The position numbers and the translations under genes were made by a program. Below, in pieces: positions 21,496-30,797 of a DNA stretch of 64,000 nucleotides; the first letter of the stretch is position 1, and each line of letters starts with the position of its first letter. The stretch comes from Burkholderiales bacterium (GTDB lineage Bacteria > Pseudomonadota > Gammaproteobacteria > Burkholderiales > SG8-41), in NCBI GenBank assembly GCA_035525455.1, contig DATLEF010000050.1:7108-71107 (forward strand). Direction: 5' to 3'. Below the pieces are notes generated by a model. It saw only the letters and a list, made by a program, of their open reading frames with translations. It did not search any database and was not told where the DNA came from.

Positions 21496-22064
21496 TGCGC
21501 ATATTGCTCATTCTGATTACCGCCGCGCTGCTTCCACTCCTTCAGGGCTGTGCCGCAGTCGCAATCGGCGGAGCCGCCGCAGCGGGCGGCTATCTCGTCG
21601 GCGAGGATCGGCGGCAAGGTCCAATACTGGCCGACGATCAGGCGATCGAATTCAAGACTCAGAACCGCGTCGGCGAGAAACATCCGGGCGCGCACGTGAA
21701 CACAACCTCGTACAACAGGATGGTGCTGCTGACCGGCGAAGTCCCCAGCGCCGAAGCCAAGGCGGACATCGAAAAAATCGCACGCGGCGTGGAGAATGTT
21801 CGCGGCGTTTATAACGAGCTGCAGGTTTCCGGCAGCACCTCCTTCCCCGCGCGCGCGAACGATTCGTACATCACGTCCAAAGTGAAGACCCGCTTCCTCG
21901 ACGCGCGCAAGTTCAACCCGGTCCACGTCAAAGTCGTTACCGAGTCGGGCACGGTCTATCTCCTGGGCCTCGTGAAGAAACAGGAAGCGGACGACGCCAC
22001 CGAGATTGCGCGCACCACCAGCGGCGTGCAGAAAGTCGTCCGGGTTTTCGAATATCAGAATTGA
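21495..22064 (+). CDS. BON-domain outer-membrane lipoprotein (DolP/YraP-like)
   Basis: Start at MRILLILITAALLPLLQGC (ATG 21495, overlapping the diaA stop). It has the lipobox LLQGC and two BON-like repeats (VNTTSYNRMVLLTGEVPS and VKVVTESGTVYLLGLV). Confidence 0.85.
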
Positions 22065-22582
22065 CGAACCGGGTGAGCGTCACATCGACAAAAGCCACCT
22101 ACGGCCCCCCCGCGTTCGAAGCGAAGTTGTGCTCTGCGGCTGATGTCGCCCACCATGTCGCAGCACTTCCGCGTCCGCTCGTCTTCACCAATGGGGTATT
22201 CGACGTCCTGCACCGCGGGCACGTGACGTATCTCGCGCAAGCGCGCGCGCTCGGGGCAAGCCTCGTTGTCGCGCTCAATGCCGACGACTCCGTCCGGCGT
22301 CTGAGTAAAGGCGCGGACCGTCCGGTCAATCGGCTCGCCGATCGCTTGGCCGTCATCGCCGCGCTCGAGGCCGTCACGCTCGTCACCTGGTTCGACGAAG
22401 ACACGCCCCTCGCGCTCATCGTGAAGTTGAAGCCCGACGTGCTGGTGAAAGGCGGCGACTGGCGTCCGCAGGATATCGTCGGCGCAGCCGAAGCTCGCAG
22501 CTGGGGCGGTTCGGTGCACGCGATTCCGTTCGCACACGCACACTCGACGAGCGCGCTGCTCGACAAGATTCGTAAATCGTAG
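22061..22582 (+). CDS. hldC: D-glycero-beta-D-manno-heptose 1-phosphate adenylyltransferase (stand-alone RfaE domain II)
   Basis: It has the cytidylyltransferase HxGH motif FTNGVFDVLHRGHVTYL and RfaE-II-like downstream blocks (VVALNADDSVRRLKG-type, VKGGDW). A TTG at 22061 forms a TTGA overlap with the upstream stop. A GTG at 22073 is an alternative start. Confidence 0.85.
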   Translation: MTNRVSVTSTKATYGPPAFEAKLCSAADVAHHVAALPRPLVFTNGVFDVLHRGHVTYLAQARALGASLVVALNADDSVRRLSKGADRPVNRLADRLAVIAALEAVTLVTWFDEDTPLALIVKLKPDVLVKGGDWRPQDIVGAAEARSWGGSVHAIPFAHAHSTSALLDKIRKS

Positions 22583-22620
22583 CGGGTGAATTCGGCTCCG
22601 AGCTGAATCGGACAGACGAC

Positions 22621-23094
22621 TCAGGGAATCGACGGCATCGCCGTCAGGTTGAGCGGACACGGCTTCGCGTTGATTTGCGTGGCGGGGAACTCGCGTTGCA
22701 TTTCAGCGACCCGCGCCACAGTGCCGGCATCAGGCTCGCGCACGAGATAAACGAACTGACTGACCCCTTCGACTGTCACGCTGCCCTGCACAGCGGGTTG
22801 CGGTAGACGCAGGCGGGCGAGCGCGCCCTCGGCGCGGGTAACCTCCGCCGCCGCAAATGGCCCCCACTCCAGGCACGCCGCTTTCGCAGGCACCCCGCCC
22901 GGCCCACGCGCCGCTGCGCTGAGGATCCTGATGCGATCGGGATTGATCTGCAGCTCTTCGATGCGGGACACCGCGGTGGTACGACTGTCGACACTCACCC
23001 ACCAGTATGCGAAGAACAAGGCGTTCGCGATCGCCAGCACGAAAAAAGTGAGCCTCGCGCCGACCTTGCGCCCTTCAGACATCGTTCGCTCCAA
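22621..23094 (-). CDS. Hypothetical membrane-anchored protein downstream of coaX
   Basis: 157-aa ORF overlapping the coaX 3' end. It has an N-terminal TM segment (LTFFVLAIANALFFAYWWV) followed by a soluble domain of about 110 aa. The fold may be SPOR-like, but this is unverified. The start (23094 or 23082) is uncertain. Confidence 0.6.
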   Translation of the reverse strand: MERTMSEGRKVGARLTFFVLAIANALFFAYWWVSVDSRTTAVSRIEELQINPDRIRILSAAARGPGGVPAKAACLEWGPFAAAEVTRAEGALARLRLPQPAVQGSVTVEGVSQFVYLVREPDAGTVARVAEMQREFPATQINAKPCPLNLTAMPSIP

Positions 23095-23806
23095 TTCGCA
23101 ACAAGCCTTCCAGCACGAGATTATCCACGACTCGAGCGCGCCCGCTCACCAAAGGCTCGATCTGTTCGGCATCGCCTCCCGAAAGCACGATCATCGGCTC
23201 GGTCCCGGCCGTCTCTGTAAGGTAATCCGTCATGCGCTCGATCGCGCCGGCCAGCGCGTTGAGCGCGCCGCTCGCGATCGCATCACCGGTATCGTCCGGG
23301 AAAAAGCTGAAAGCGCCATCCTGCAGCTTCAGATGCGCGGTGTTGCGCGCGAGCGCATCGCGCATCAGGCCGTAACCGGCGACGATAAAACCGCCCAGAA
23401 AAATGCCGTCCGCCGAAAGCGCGTCGACTGTCATCGTCGTGCCGGCGTTCACCACGACGCACGGACCGTCACCGAGATTGCGCGCGGCGATGAGTGCAGC
23501 CCATCGATCGGGCCCCAGGCGCGCGGGCTCCGCGTAACTGCTGCGAACACCGCACTCATCAGCGCTGCTCACCACCCATAACGGTTTGCCGCCGAACGGC
23601 GCCACCGCCGCCGCAATGTGCTGCGCGCTTTCCTCACCGGCGACGTTCGAGATCACGATGCGCGCGGGAGGCGCAAGCGTTGAAAAGGCTGCACGCAGTT
23701 CGTCGGCCTGCGCGGTCGGGACGGTACCGCGTTCGGCCCAGCGATCGCCGTCGTGCAGCGCCCATTTGATGCGGCTGTTGCCCGCGTCTATGGCGAGGAC
23801 ACTCAT
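23075..23806 (-). CDS. coaX: Type III pantothenate kinase
   Basis: 243-aa ORF with the N-terminal motif LAIDAGNSRIKWAL. It has a 4-nt overlap with the birA stop, and birA-coaX is a conserved pair. Confidence 0.93.
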   Translation of the reverse strand: MSVLAIDAGNSRIKWALHDGDRWAERGTVPTAQADELRAAFSTLAPPARIVISNVAGEESAQHIAAAVAPFGGKPLWVVSSADECGVRSSYAEPARLGPDRWAALIAARNLGDGPCVVVNAGTTMTVDALSADGIFLGGFIVAGYGLMRDALARNTAHLKLQDGAFSFFPDDTGDAIASGALNALAGAIERMTDYLTETAGTEPMIVLSGGDAEQIEPLVSGRARVVDNLVLEGLLRIGANDV

Positions 23807-24816
23807 GCGCGCGATCGCACGCGCGCCGACTGCGGCGCCGGCGCGCAGGCGCGCAGGCTGATTTCACCGCTATGCAGGCGCCGGAGGGTTTTGCCGCTTT
23901 CAAAGAGGAGCGCTCCATCGTCGGCCACCCCGCGCGCGATGCCCATCTGCGTATCGCCGCTCGGCAACCTCACCGTTACCTCAAGCCCCTGATGCGCGTG
24001 ATAGCGCTCCCATTCCGCGCGCATCGGCGCGAAGCCGGATTCGGCAAACTGCTCGAGCGCAGGCACGAGCTCACCCAGTATGGCGCCGAGCACGGCATTG
24101 CGATCGAGCTCGCGACCGCACACCGTCTCGAGATCGGTGACGGGCTGGTCGATGCGCTTCACGAGCGCGTCCGAAAGTCGAATATTGAGCCCCATGCCCA
24201 TGACCACGGTGCTCGGTCCGAGCGCATCGCCTTGCAGCTCGACGAGCATGCCGGCGACTTTTCGCCCTCGCCACACGACGTCGTTCGGCCACTTGAGCTG
24301 TGTGTCCTTCGCGCCGAGTTGCACGAGCGCGCGCATGAGCGCGACACCCGCCGCGAGGCTCAGGCCGCCGAGTCCGCCCGCACCTTGTGCGAAGCGCCAG
24401 AGCAGCGAGAACGTGAGCGCGCCGCCGATATTCGTATGCCACGCGCGCCCCATGCGGCCGCGCCCGCTGTGCTGGTGTTCCGCGGCGAGTACGCTGCCCG
24501 TCGGTGCGCCGGCAGCAGCGCGCTGCATCGACACCGTGTTCGTCGAATCGACGACATCGCAGACTTCCACCGAGAGCCTTGCCGCCGCTTCGCCCGCGTG
24601 ACGCAGTATCGTGTCGCGCTCGAGCATCGACAATCCCCTGGACAGGCAATATCCGCGGCCGCGTGTGCGGTGCACGTCGAGCCCCGCAGCGTCGAGCACG
24701 CGCACCGCGTTCCAGATCGTGCCGCGCGTGACAGCGAGCGCGAGCGCGAGCGCTGCGCCGGAATGGTATTCGCCGTCAGCGAGATGACGCAGTACGCGCA
24801 AGGAAAGCTCGGTCAT
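23803..24816 (-). CDS. birA: Bifunctional biotin operon repressor / biotin--[acetyl-CoA-carboxylase] ligase
   Basis: 337-aa ORF with an N-terminal winged HTH (GEYHSGAALALALAVTRGTIWNAVRVL) and the biotin-ligase motif GRGRMGRAW. Confidence 0.93.
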   Translation of the reverse strand: MTELSLRVLRHLADGEYHSGAALALALAVTRGTIWNAVRVLDAAGLDVHRTRGRGYCLSRGLSMLERDTILRHAGEAAARLSVEVCDVVDSTNTVSMQRAAAGAPTGSVLAAEHQHSGRGRMGRAWHTNIGGALTFSLLWRFAQGAGGLGGLSLAAGVALMRALVQLGAKDTQLKWPNDVVWRGRKVAGMLVELQGDALGPSTVVMGMGLNIRLSDALVKRIDQPVTDLETVCGRELDRNAVLGAILGELVPALEQFAESGFAPMRAEWERYHAHQGLEVTVRLPSGDTQMGIARGVADDGALLFESGKTLRRLHSGEISLRACAPAPQSARVRSRA

Positions 24817-24875
24817 GAGCGATATAGAATAGCCGATCCCTAAACTGGAGGAGGTGCAATGAGCATGCGGTCATC

Positions 24876-25625
24876 GTGCGCGGGCGTCCTGCGTGCCGCA
24901 CGCTGCGGCGGCGCAGTGGCGTGAGCCGTCACATCATCGCAATCGGCGGCGCCGCGCTGCCGGTCGAGCTCGACAATCTGCTCCTCATCCGCTATTTCCT
25001 CGCGCAGACGCGGCGCAGGCAGCCGAAAGTCGCTTTCATCGGCACCGCCCATGGCGACGCCGACGCCGGCCGCCTGAGGTTCTATGCGGGCTTCAGCCAA
25101 TTCAGTTGCAAGCCGACCCATCTCCCGTTTTTCGCACGCACGCCACGCAATCTCGAGGCGTTCGTGCTCGAGCAGGACGCGATATTCGTAGGCGGCGGCA
25201 ACACGCGAAGCATGCTTGCCGTGTGGCGCGATTGGGGCCTCGACCTTTATTTGAGAGCTGCGTGGGAACGCGGGATCGTGCTTGGCGGCGCGAGCGCAGG
25301 CTCTATCTGCTGGTTCGAGCACGGCGTGACCGATTCGATCGCGGGTCCATTGACGGCGATGCCCTGCCTGGGCTTTTTGAGCGGCAGCAATTGCCCGCAC
25401 TACGACAGCGAACCAAAACGCCGTCCGACTTTTCGCAAGCTCGTTGCAACCGGCGGCATTGCGGACGGCGTCGCGGCGGACGATGGTGTCGCGCTGCACT
25501 TTATCGAGGGCAAGCTCGCGCACGTGGTTTCCAGCAAGCCGCGCGCTAAAGGCTATCGCGTAACACGTTCCGGTAAACGCGCGATCGAGCGGCGGCTTAA
25601 GACACGTTATCTCGGCCGCGCCTGA
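24876..25625 (+). CDS. Peptidase S51 (dipeptidase E-like) family protein
   Basis: It has HIIAIGG, FVGGGNT and the nucleophile block LGGASAGSICW. The listed start is GTG 24876. GTG 24921 (VSRHIIAIGG) is more consistent with how I remember family members beginning (unverified; see findings). Confidence 0.85.
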   Translation: MRGRPACRTLRRRSGVSRHIIAIGGAALPVELDNLLLIRYFLAQTRRRQPKVAFIGTAHGDADAGRLRFYAGFSQFSCKPTHLPFFARTPRNLEAFVLEQDAIFVGGGNTRSMLAVWRDWGLDLYLRAAWERGIVLGGASAGSICWFEHGVTDSIAGPLTAMPCLGFLSGSNCPHYDSEPKRRPTFRKLVATGGIADGVAADDGVALHFIEGKLAHVVSSKPRAKGYRVTRSGKRAIERRLKTRYLGRA

Positions 25626-25886
25626 ACGCGCAGTGGGACGTTCAGCGCGTCTTCTTCGATCGCGATCTGAAGCGGCTCGCGTCGAGCAGACGCTGTGGGC
25701 TTTTTGCGCTGCCGGCGATGTTCGTCTGTTGTGTGACGGGCGCGCGCCGCACTTTGCCGTAGATCGATGCGGGTTGCCTCGGAGCGGGTCGCCGCTTACC
25801 CATTAGAGAGCCTCAATCACTCCGGCTCCATTTGAGTCGGCTCATGATCTGGTTACAGCCCATAATATGCGCGCCAAGACTCCTCC

Positions 25887-26891
25887 ATGCACTCGCCCAT
25901 CCGGATCGATACCATGCAACGTTCACGCTTTATAACACTATGCGCCTGCGCAACTCATCTGTGGCTGGCAGGCACGACCGTCACCGCTTTCGCGCAGAGC
26001 TGGCCGGCGAAGCCGGTGCGCATCATCGTGCCGTTTCAGCCGGGCGGCGGTTCGGACACGCAGGCGCGTCTTCTCGGCAAGAAGTTTACCGAGAGCATGG
26101 GGCAGAGTTTTGTCGTGGAAAACCGCGGCGGTGCGGGTGGGGTTATCGGTGCGGACATCGTCGCCAAAGCGCCACCTGACGGCTATACGATACTGTTTTC
26201 GACCGCTTCGCTCGCGGTGAACGCCACGCTGTACAAGAAAGGCAACTTCGATCCGCTGCGCGATCTCGCTGCGGTGAGCCGTTTTTCTTCAGCGCCGCTC
26301 ATACTCGTCGTACATCCAAGCGTCCCAGCAAAAACCGTGAAAGAGCTCGTTGCGTTGGCCAAGCAGCGTCGCGGCAAGATGAATGCGGGTTCGAACGGAA
26401 CCGGCACGACCAGCCATCTCGCCATCGAAATGCTGAAACAAAGCGCGGGAATCGACGTCGCGCACATTCCATACAAAGGCGGGGCACCGGCTGCCGTTGC
26501 AGTCATGTCGGGCGAAGTCGATCTGAGATTTTCAGGCGCTTTGGCCGTGCTGCCGCACATCAGGGCGGGCCGTGTGCGGCCCATCGCGGTGGCCTCCGAG
26601 CGCAAGTCCGCGGTCCTGCCCGAATTGCCAACGCTTGCGACGTATTACCCGGGGTTTGACGTAGACAATTGGTACGCGATGTTCGTGCCGGCAGGAACGC
26701 CGAAGGAGATCATCGGCAAGCTGCACTCCGAAATCGTAAAAGTGCTGAGCTCGGCCGACATGCGAGATGCGATCAGCAGAGACGGGGCCGAACCGGCAGG
26801 CAGCACGCCCGAAGAGCTCGCGGCGTACTTCAGACGCGAGGTGGAAAAGTACGCGAAGCTCATCAAAGCGGCCAACGTACAGGCGGAATAG
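25887..26891 (+). CDS. Bug-family (TctC-like) tripartite tricarboxylate transporter substrate-binding protein
   Basis: AQSWPAKPVRIIVPFQPGGGSDTQARLL...NRGGAGG is the hallmark N-terminal block of Bug/TctC proteins. The probable start is MQRSRF at 25914, giving a signal peptide ending TAFA/QS. Confidence 0.9.
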   Translation: MHSPIRIDTMQRSRFITLCACATHLWLAGTTVTAFAQSWPAKPVRIIVPFQPGGGSDTQARLLGKKFTESMGQSFVVENRGGAGGVIGADIVAKAPPDGYTILFSTASLAVNATLYKKGNFDPLRDLAAVSRFSSAPLILVVHPSVPAKTVKELVALAKQRRGKMNAGSNGTGTTSHLAIEMLKQSAGIDVAHIPYKGGAPAAVAVMSGEVDLRFSGALAVLPHIRAGRVRPIAVASERKSAVLPELPTLATYYPGFDVDNWYAMFVPAGTPKEIIGKLHSEIVKVLSSADMRDAISRDGAEPAGSTPEELAAYFRREVEKYAKLIKAANVQAE

Positions 26892-26928
26892 GACGCTCGT
26901 TTAGAATAACGTTTTGTAGGCCTGCGTC

Positions 26929-28692
26929 ATGCCACGTCCTCCCAACGCTTCCGCGAGCGCGAGTAACTTCATCCGCAGCGTGATCGAGAACGATCTCGCG
27001 AGCGGGAAATTCGCCGGACGGCGCTGGGCCGGGCGGCCCGGACCTGCAGCGGTTCAAGCGCAAGGCACGCCCGATCCCGCACGTATACGCACGCGTTTCC
27101 CGCCGGAACCGAACGGCTACCTGCATATCGGACACGCCAAATCGATCTGCCTCAACTTCGGCCTCGGGCTCGATTACGGCGGCGCATGCCACCTGCGCTT
27201 CGACGACACCAATCCGGAAAAGGAAGAGCAGGAATACGTCGATTCCATAGTCGACGCGGTGAAGTGGCTCGGTTTCGACTGGGGACCGCATCTGTACTAC
27301 GCGTCCGATTACTTCGACTTCATGTACGACGCCGCGGAGCGTCTGATCCAGGCCGGCCACGCGTACGTCGACGAGCAGAGCGCGGACGAAATTCGTGCGG
27401 GTCGCGGCACGCTCACCGAAGTGGGCCGCGAAAGCGCGTGGCGCAACCGCGCGCCTGCGGAATCGCTCGCGCGTTTTCGCGAAATGCGCGATGGACGGCA
27501 CGCGGACGGCAGCATGGTCCTGCGCGCGAAAGTCGACATGGCCTCGCCCAACATCAATCTGCGCGACCCGGTCGTCTATCGCATCCGCACCGCGAGCCAT
27601 CATCGCACCGGTGACAAATGGTGCGTGTATCCGATGTACACCTATGCTCATCCGATCGAGGATGCGCTCGAGAACGTCACGCATTCGCTCTGCACGCTGG
27701 AGTTCGAAGATCAGCGGCCGTTCTACGACTGGCTGCTCGCGCGACTGGCGGACTGCGGGCTACTCTTGCGGCCGCTGCCTCAGCAGATCGAGTTCGCAAG
27801 ACTCAATCTCACCTACGTCGTGCTTTCCAAACGCAGGCTCATTCAGCTCGTGGAAGAAGGACACGTCGAGGGCTGGGACGATCCGCGCATGCCGACGCTC
27901 GCGGGCGCGCGCCACCGCGGCTACACGCCGGAAGGTTTCCGCCTGTTCGCCGATCGCATCGGCGTATCGAAAGCCGATTCCTGGATCGAGTACTCGGTGC
28001 TCGAAGACTGCATGCGCGAAGACCTGAATGCGCGCGCCGAACGTCGCATAGCGGTGCTCGATCCGCTGAAGCTCGTCATCGACAACTATCCCGAGGGACA
28101 GGCCGAGGACTGCCACGCGCCGAATCACCCGCAGAAGCCCGATCTCGGAAAACGCGCGGTGCCTTTCACGCGCGAGCTCTGGATCGAGCGCGAGGACTTC
28201 ATGGAAAGTCCGGCGAAAGGCTACTTCAGGCTGTTTCCCGGCAACACCGTGCGCCTGCGCTACGGGTACGTCATCAAGTGCACGAGTTGCACCAAGGATG
28301 CCAACGGCAACGTGAACACCGTGCACTGCGAGTACCTGCCAGATACCAAATCAGGTACGCCGGGCGCCGACAGCGTGAAAGTGAAAGGCAACATCCACTG
28401 GGTTTCGGCCCCGCACGCGCATGCCGGTGAAGTGCGCATCTACGATCGTCTTTTCCGCGTGCCGCATCCGGGACGGGATCGCGACTTTATCGAAGATTTG
28501 AATCCGGACTCGATGCGTATCGTCACGGCGCAGCTCGAGCCCGCGTTGAAAGCCGCAAAGCCCGACCAACGCTTCCAGTTCGAGCGCCACGGCTACTTCT
28601 GCGCCGATCGCCGCGATTCGCGCTCGGGCGATCCGGTGTTCAACCGCGCCGTGACGCTGCGGGATTCGTGGGACGCCGGCAGTAAAACATAG
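26929..28692 (+). CDS. glnS: Glutamine--tRNA ligase
   Basis: 587-aa ORF with [16 protein letters not shown], the HIGH motif ([12 protein letters not shown]) and the KMSKS-equivalent VLSKRRL. It is co-linear with my recollection of E. coli GlnRS over its full length. Confidence 0.96.
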   Translation: [587 protein letters not shown]

Positions 28693-28794
28693 CCGTCAAT
28701 CCACTATCGTGAGGTGATGGGCGTTTTTGCGCGGCGGATCGCGGCGCGCGCCCGCGTCGCGGTCCAATGACAATTCGATCCATAATGCCGCGAA

Positions 28795-29520
28795 GTGAAG
28801 AAACTCCTCATCACGTGCGAGCATGGCGGAAATCGCATCCCCAGAGAGTACTGGCCGCTCTTCAGGAAGTACCGCGCCGCGCTCGCAAGCCACCGCGGCT
28901 ATGATCCGGGCGCGCTTGCGCTCGCGCGTGACTTCGCGGCGGCGTTCAGTGCCGAGCTCGTCTATTCGACGACCAGCCGGTTGCTGGTCGAGCTCAATCG
29001 CTCGCCGCATCACCGGCAGGTGTTCTCGGAAGCGACGCGCGGGTTGCCGCCTGAGGAACGCGAGCGGCTCATGCAGCGCTACTACTGGCCTTACCGCAGC
29101 TGGGTCGAAGCGCAAGTACGCGACGCAGTCGAAAGCGGGCAGCGAATCGTCCATATTTCCAGCCACAGCTTCACGCCGCGTCTGAACGGCGTCACGCGCC
29201 GCGCGGACATAGGTCTCTTATACGATCCGGGACGGCGAGCCGAGCGCGAGCTGTGCCTCGCGTGGCAGCGTGCGCTGGAAGCTGAGGATACGCGCCTGGT
29301 CGTGCGCCGGAACTACCCATATCGCGGAACGGGGGATGGATTGACCACCCACCTGCGGCGACTGCATCCGGATCCAGCGTACGCCGGAATCGAAGTCGAG
29401 ATGAACCAGCGCTACCCGCTCTCAGACCGCTCCGCCTGGCGCGCACTGCGTAGGCTGCTTGTAAGCACGCTGGAGCGCGCGATTGCAAGGCAAGATGTGG
29501 CCATCAGCCGTCGGGATTAG
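28795..29520 (+). CDS. N-formylglutamate amidohydrolase family protein
   Basis: 241-aa ORF. LITCEHGGNRIP is the N-terminal motif and SSHSF.P the later block characteristic of the FGase family. Confidence 0.8.
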   Translation: MKKLLITCEHGGNRIPREYWPLFRKYRAALASHRGYDPGALALARDFAAAFSAELVYSTTSRLLVELNRSPHHRQVFSEATRGLPPEERERLMQRYYWPYRSWVEAQVRDAVESGQRIVHISSHSFTPRLNGVTRRADIGLLYDPGRRAERELCLAWQRALEAEDTRLVVRRNYPYRGTGDGLTTHLRRLHPDPAYAGIEVEMNQRYPLSDRSAWRALRRLLVSTLERAIARQDVAISRRD

Positions 29521-29552
29521 ACGCCGCCGCCGGCACGCAATCGCCGTGCCGC

Positions 29553-30776
29553 GTGTTGTATAGTGCAACACGTCAGCAACCGCCGCACTCCACACACCAC
29601 CACGACATGCTCGACACGCTCACATTGTTGATCGTGCTGATCGTCAGCAACCTGCTCATGGCAGGCGCGCTGTGGATCACTTTCGCCGGCCGCTTCAAGG
29701 CGGGGCTCGGACAGTGGACCGGCTCGCTCATCGTTCAGGGTGTCTGCTGGCTGCTCGTCGCGATGCGCAACGACATCGCGGATTATCTGACGATTGCCGT
29801 TGCGACTGCGTTTCTCGTCTACTGCTGGGCCTTGCAGGTAAGCGCGCTGCTCGAGTTCCATGGGGTGTCTACGCCGCGATGGCTTTTGTACGGCCCGGCG
29901 ATAATCGCATTCCTGATCGTGGGTATTTACGTGCACGACCCGAAAGCCCGTCTCGCGGTGTGCGGGCTCGGCTTCGGCATCGCACAAATCGCAACAGGCG
30001 CGGGTCTGCTCTACTACCGGGTTGCTGCGGAGTTCCGCACCCGACTGCTGCTCGCTGCGAGCTTTTTCTGCATGGCCGGCGGACTCTTCTGGGTGGCATT
30101 CACGGCCTGGTTCGAACCTGAAGCGATTCTGCCGACGGTGGGCAACACCCCGGCACCGGCATTGTCCCTGCTCATTTTCTACGGCGTCACCGTCGCATCG
30201 TCGTTTGCGTTTCTGCTGATGCACAAAGAGCGCGCCGATCGCGAGTCTCACGAGCTCGCGACGATCGATTCGCTGACGGGCGTCTACAACCGCCGCACGT
30301 TCAAGGAGCTGGCCGAACCGCAGTTCTCACGCGCACGGCGCACGCGCAGCCAGGTCTCGCTGCTGCTCCTCGACATCGACCACTTCAAGCGCGTCAACGA
30401 CACCTATGGCCACCTCGCGGGCGACCAGGTGCTCACTCAGTTTGCACGGCTCGTGCGCACGTGTTTGCGCAAGGAGGACCTGCTCGCGCGCTTCGGCGGC
30501 GAGGAATTCGTGGTGCTCCTGCCGGACGCCGGGGAAGCACAGGCAGCTACACTCGCCGAGCGTATCCGCGACGAGGTGGCGAACACGCCGCTGCACGTTG
30601 CGGGCCACGACATCAAGATCACGGTGAGCATAGGGCTCGTCACCGAAAGCGGCGAAGCGCTTCCGCTGCTCGAAGCGATGGTAGGCGCCGCCGACGAAGC
30701 GCTCTATGCCGCGAAAGCGCAGGGCCGCAATCGTGTCGTCAAGCGCGCAGTGCCGCGCGTGGCCGCGCCTGCGTAG
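29553..30776 (+). CDS. Membrane-bound diguanylate cyclase (GGDEF domain)
   Basis: About 230 aa of multi-TM N-terminal domain precede a GGDEF domain with the active site GGEEF (30495..30509) and an RxxD I-site (RKED, 30468..30479) five residues upstream. The likely start is MLDTL at 29607. Confidence 0.9.
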   Translation: MLYSATRQQPPHSTHHHDMLDTLTLLIVLIVSNLLMAGALWITFAGRFKAGLGQWTGSLIVQGVCWLLVAMRNDIADYLTIAVATAFLVYCWALQVSALLEFHGVSTPRWLLYGPAIIAFLIVGIYVHDPKARLAVCGLGFGIAQIATGAGLLYYRVAAEFRTRLLLAASFFCMAGGLFWVAFTAWFEPEAILPTVGNTPAPALSLLIFYGVTVASSFAFLLMHKERADRESHELATIDSLTGVYNRRTFKELAEPQFSRARRTRSQVSLLLLDIDHFKRVNDTYGHLAGDQVLTQFARLVRTCLRKEDLLARFGGEEFVVLLPDAGEAQAATLAERIRDEVANTPLHVAGHDIKITVSIGLVTESGEALPLLEAMVGAADEALYAAKAQGRNRVVKRAVPRVAAPA

Positions 30777-30797
30777 CTGGCGCGATCCCGCACGTTT

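Noticed and set aside
24893-25549. A 218-aa Arg-rich ORF in an alternative frame of the S51 peptidase gene
   Set aside because: A large share of its residues are Arg (by eye) and it has no motifs. The co-located frame carries the S51 catalytic blocks.
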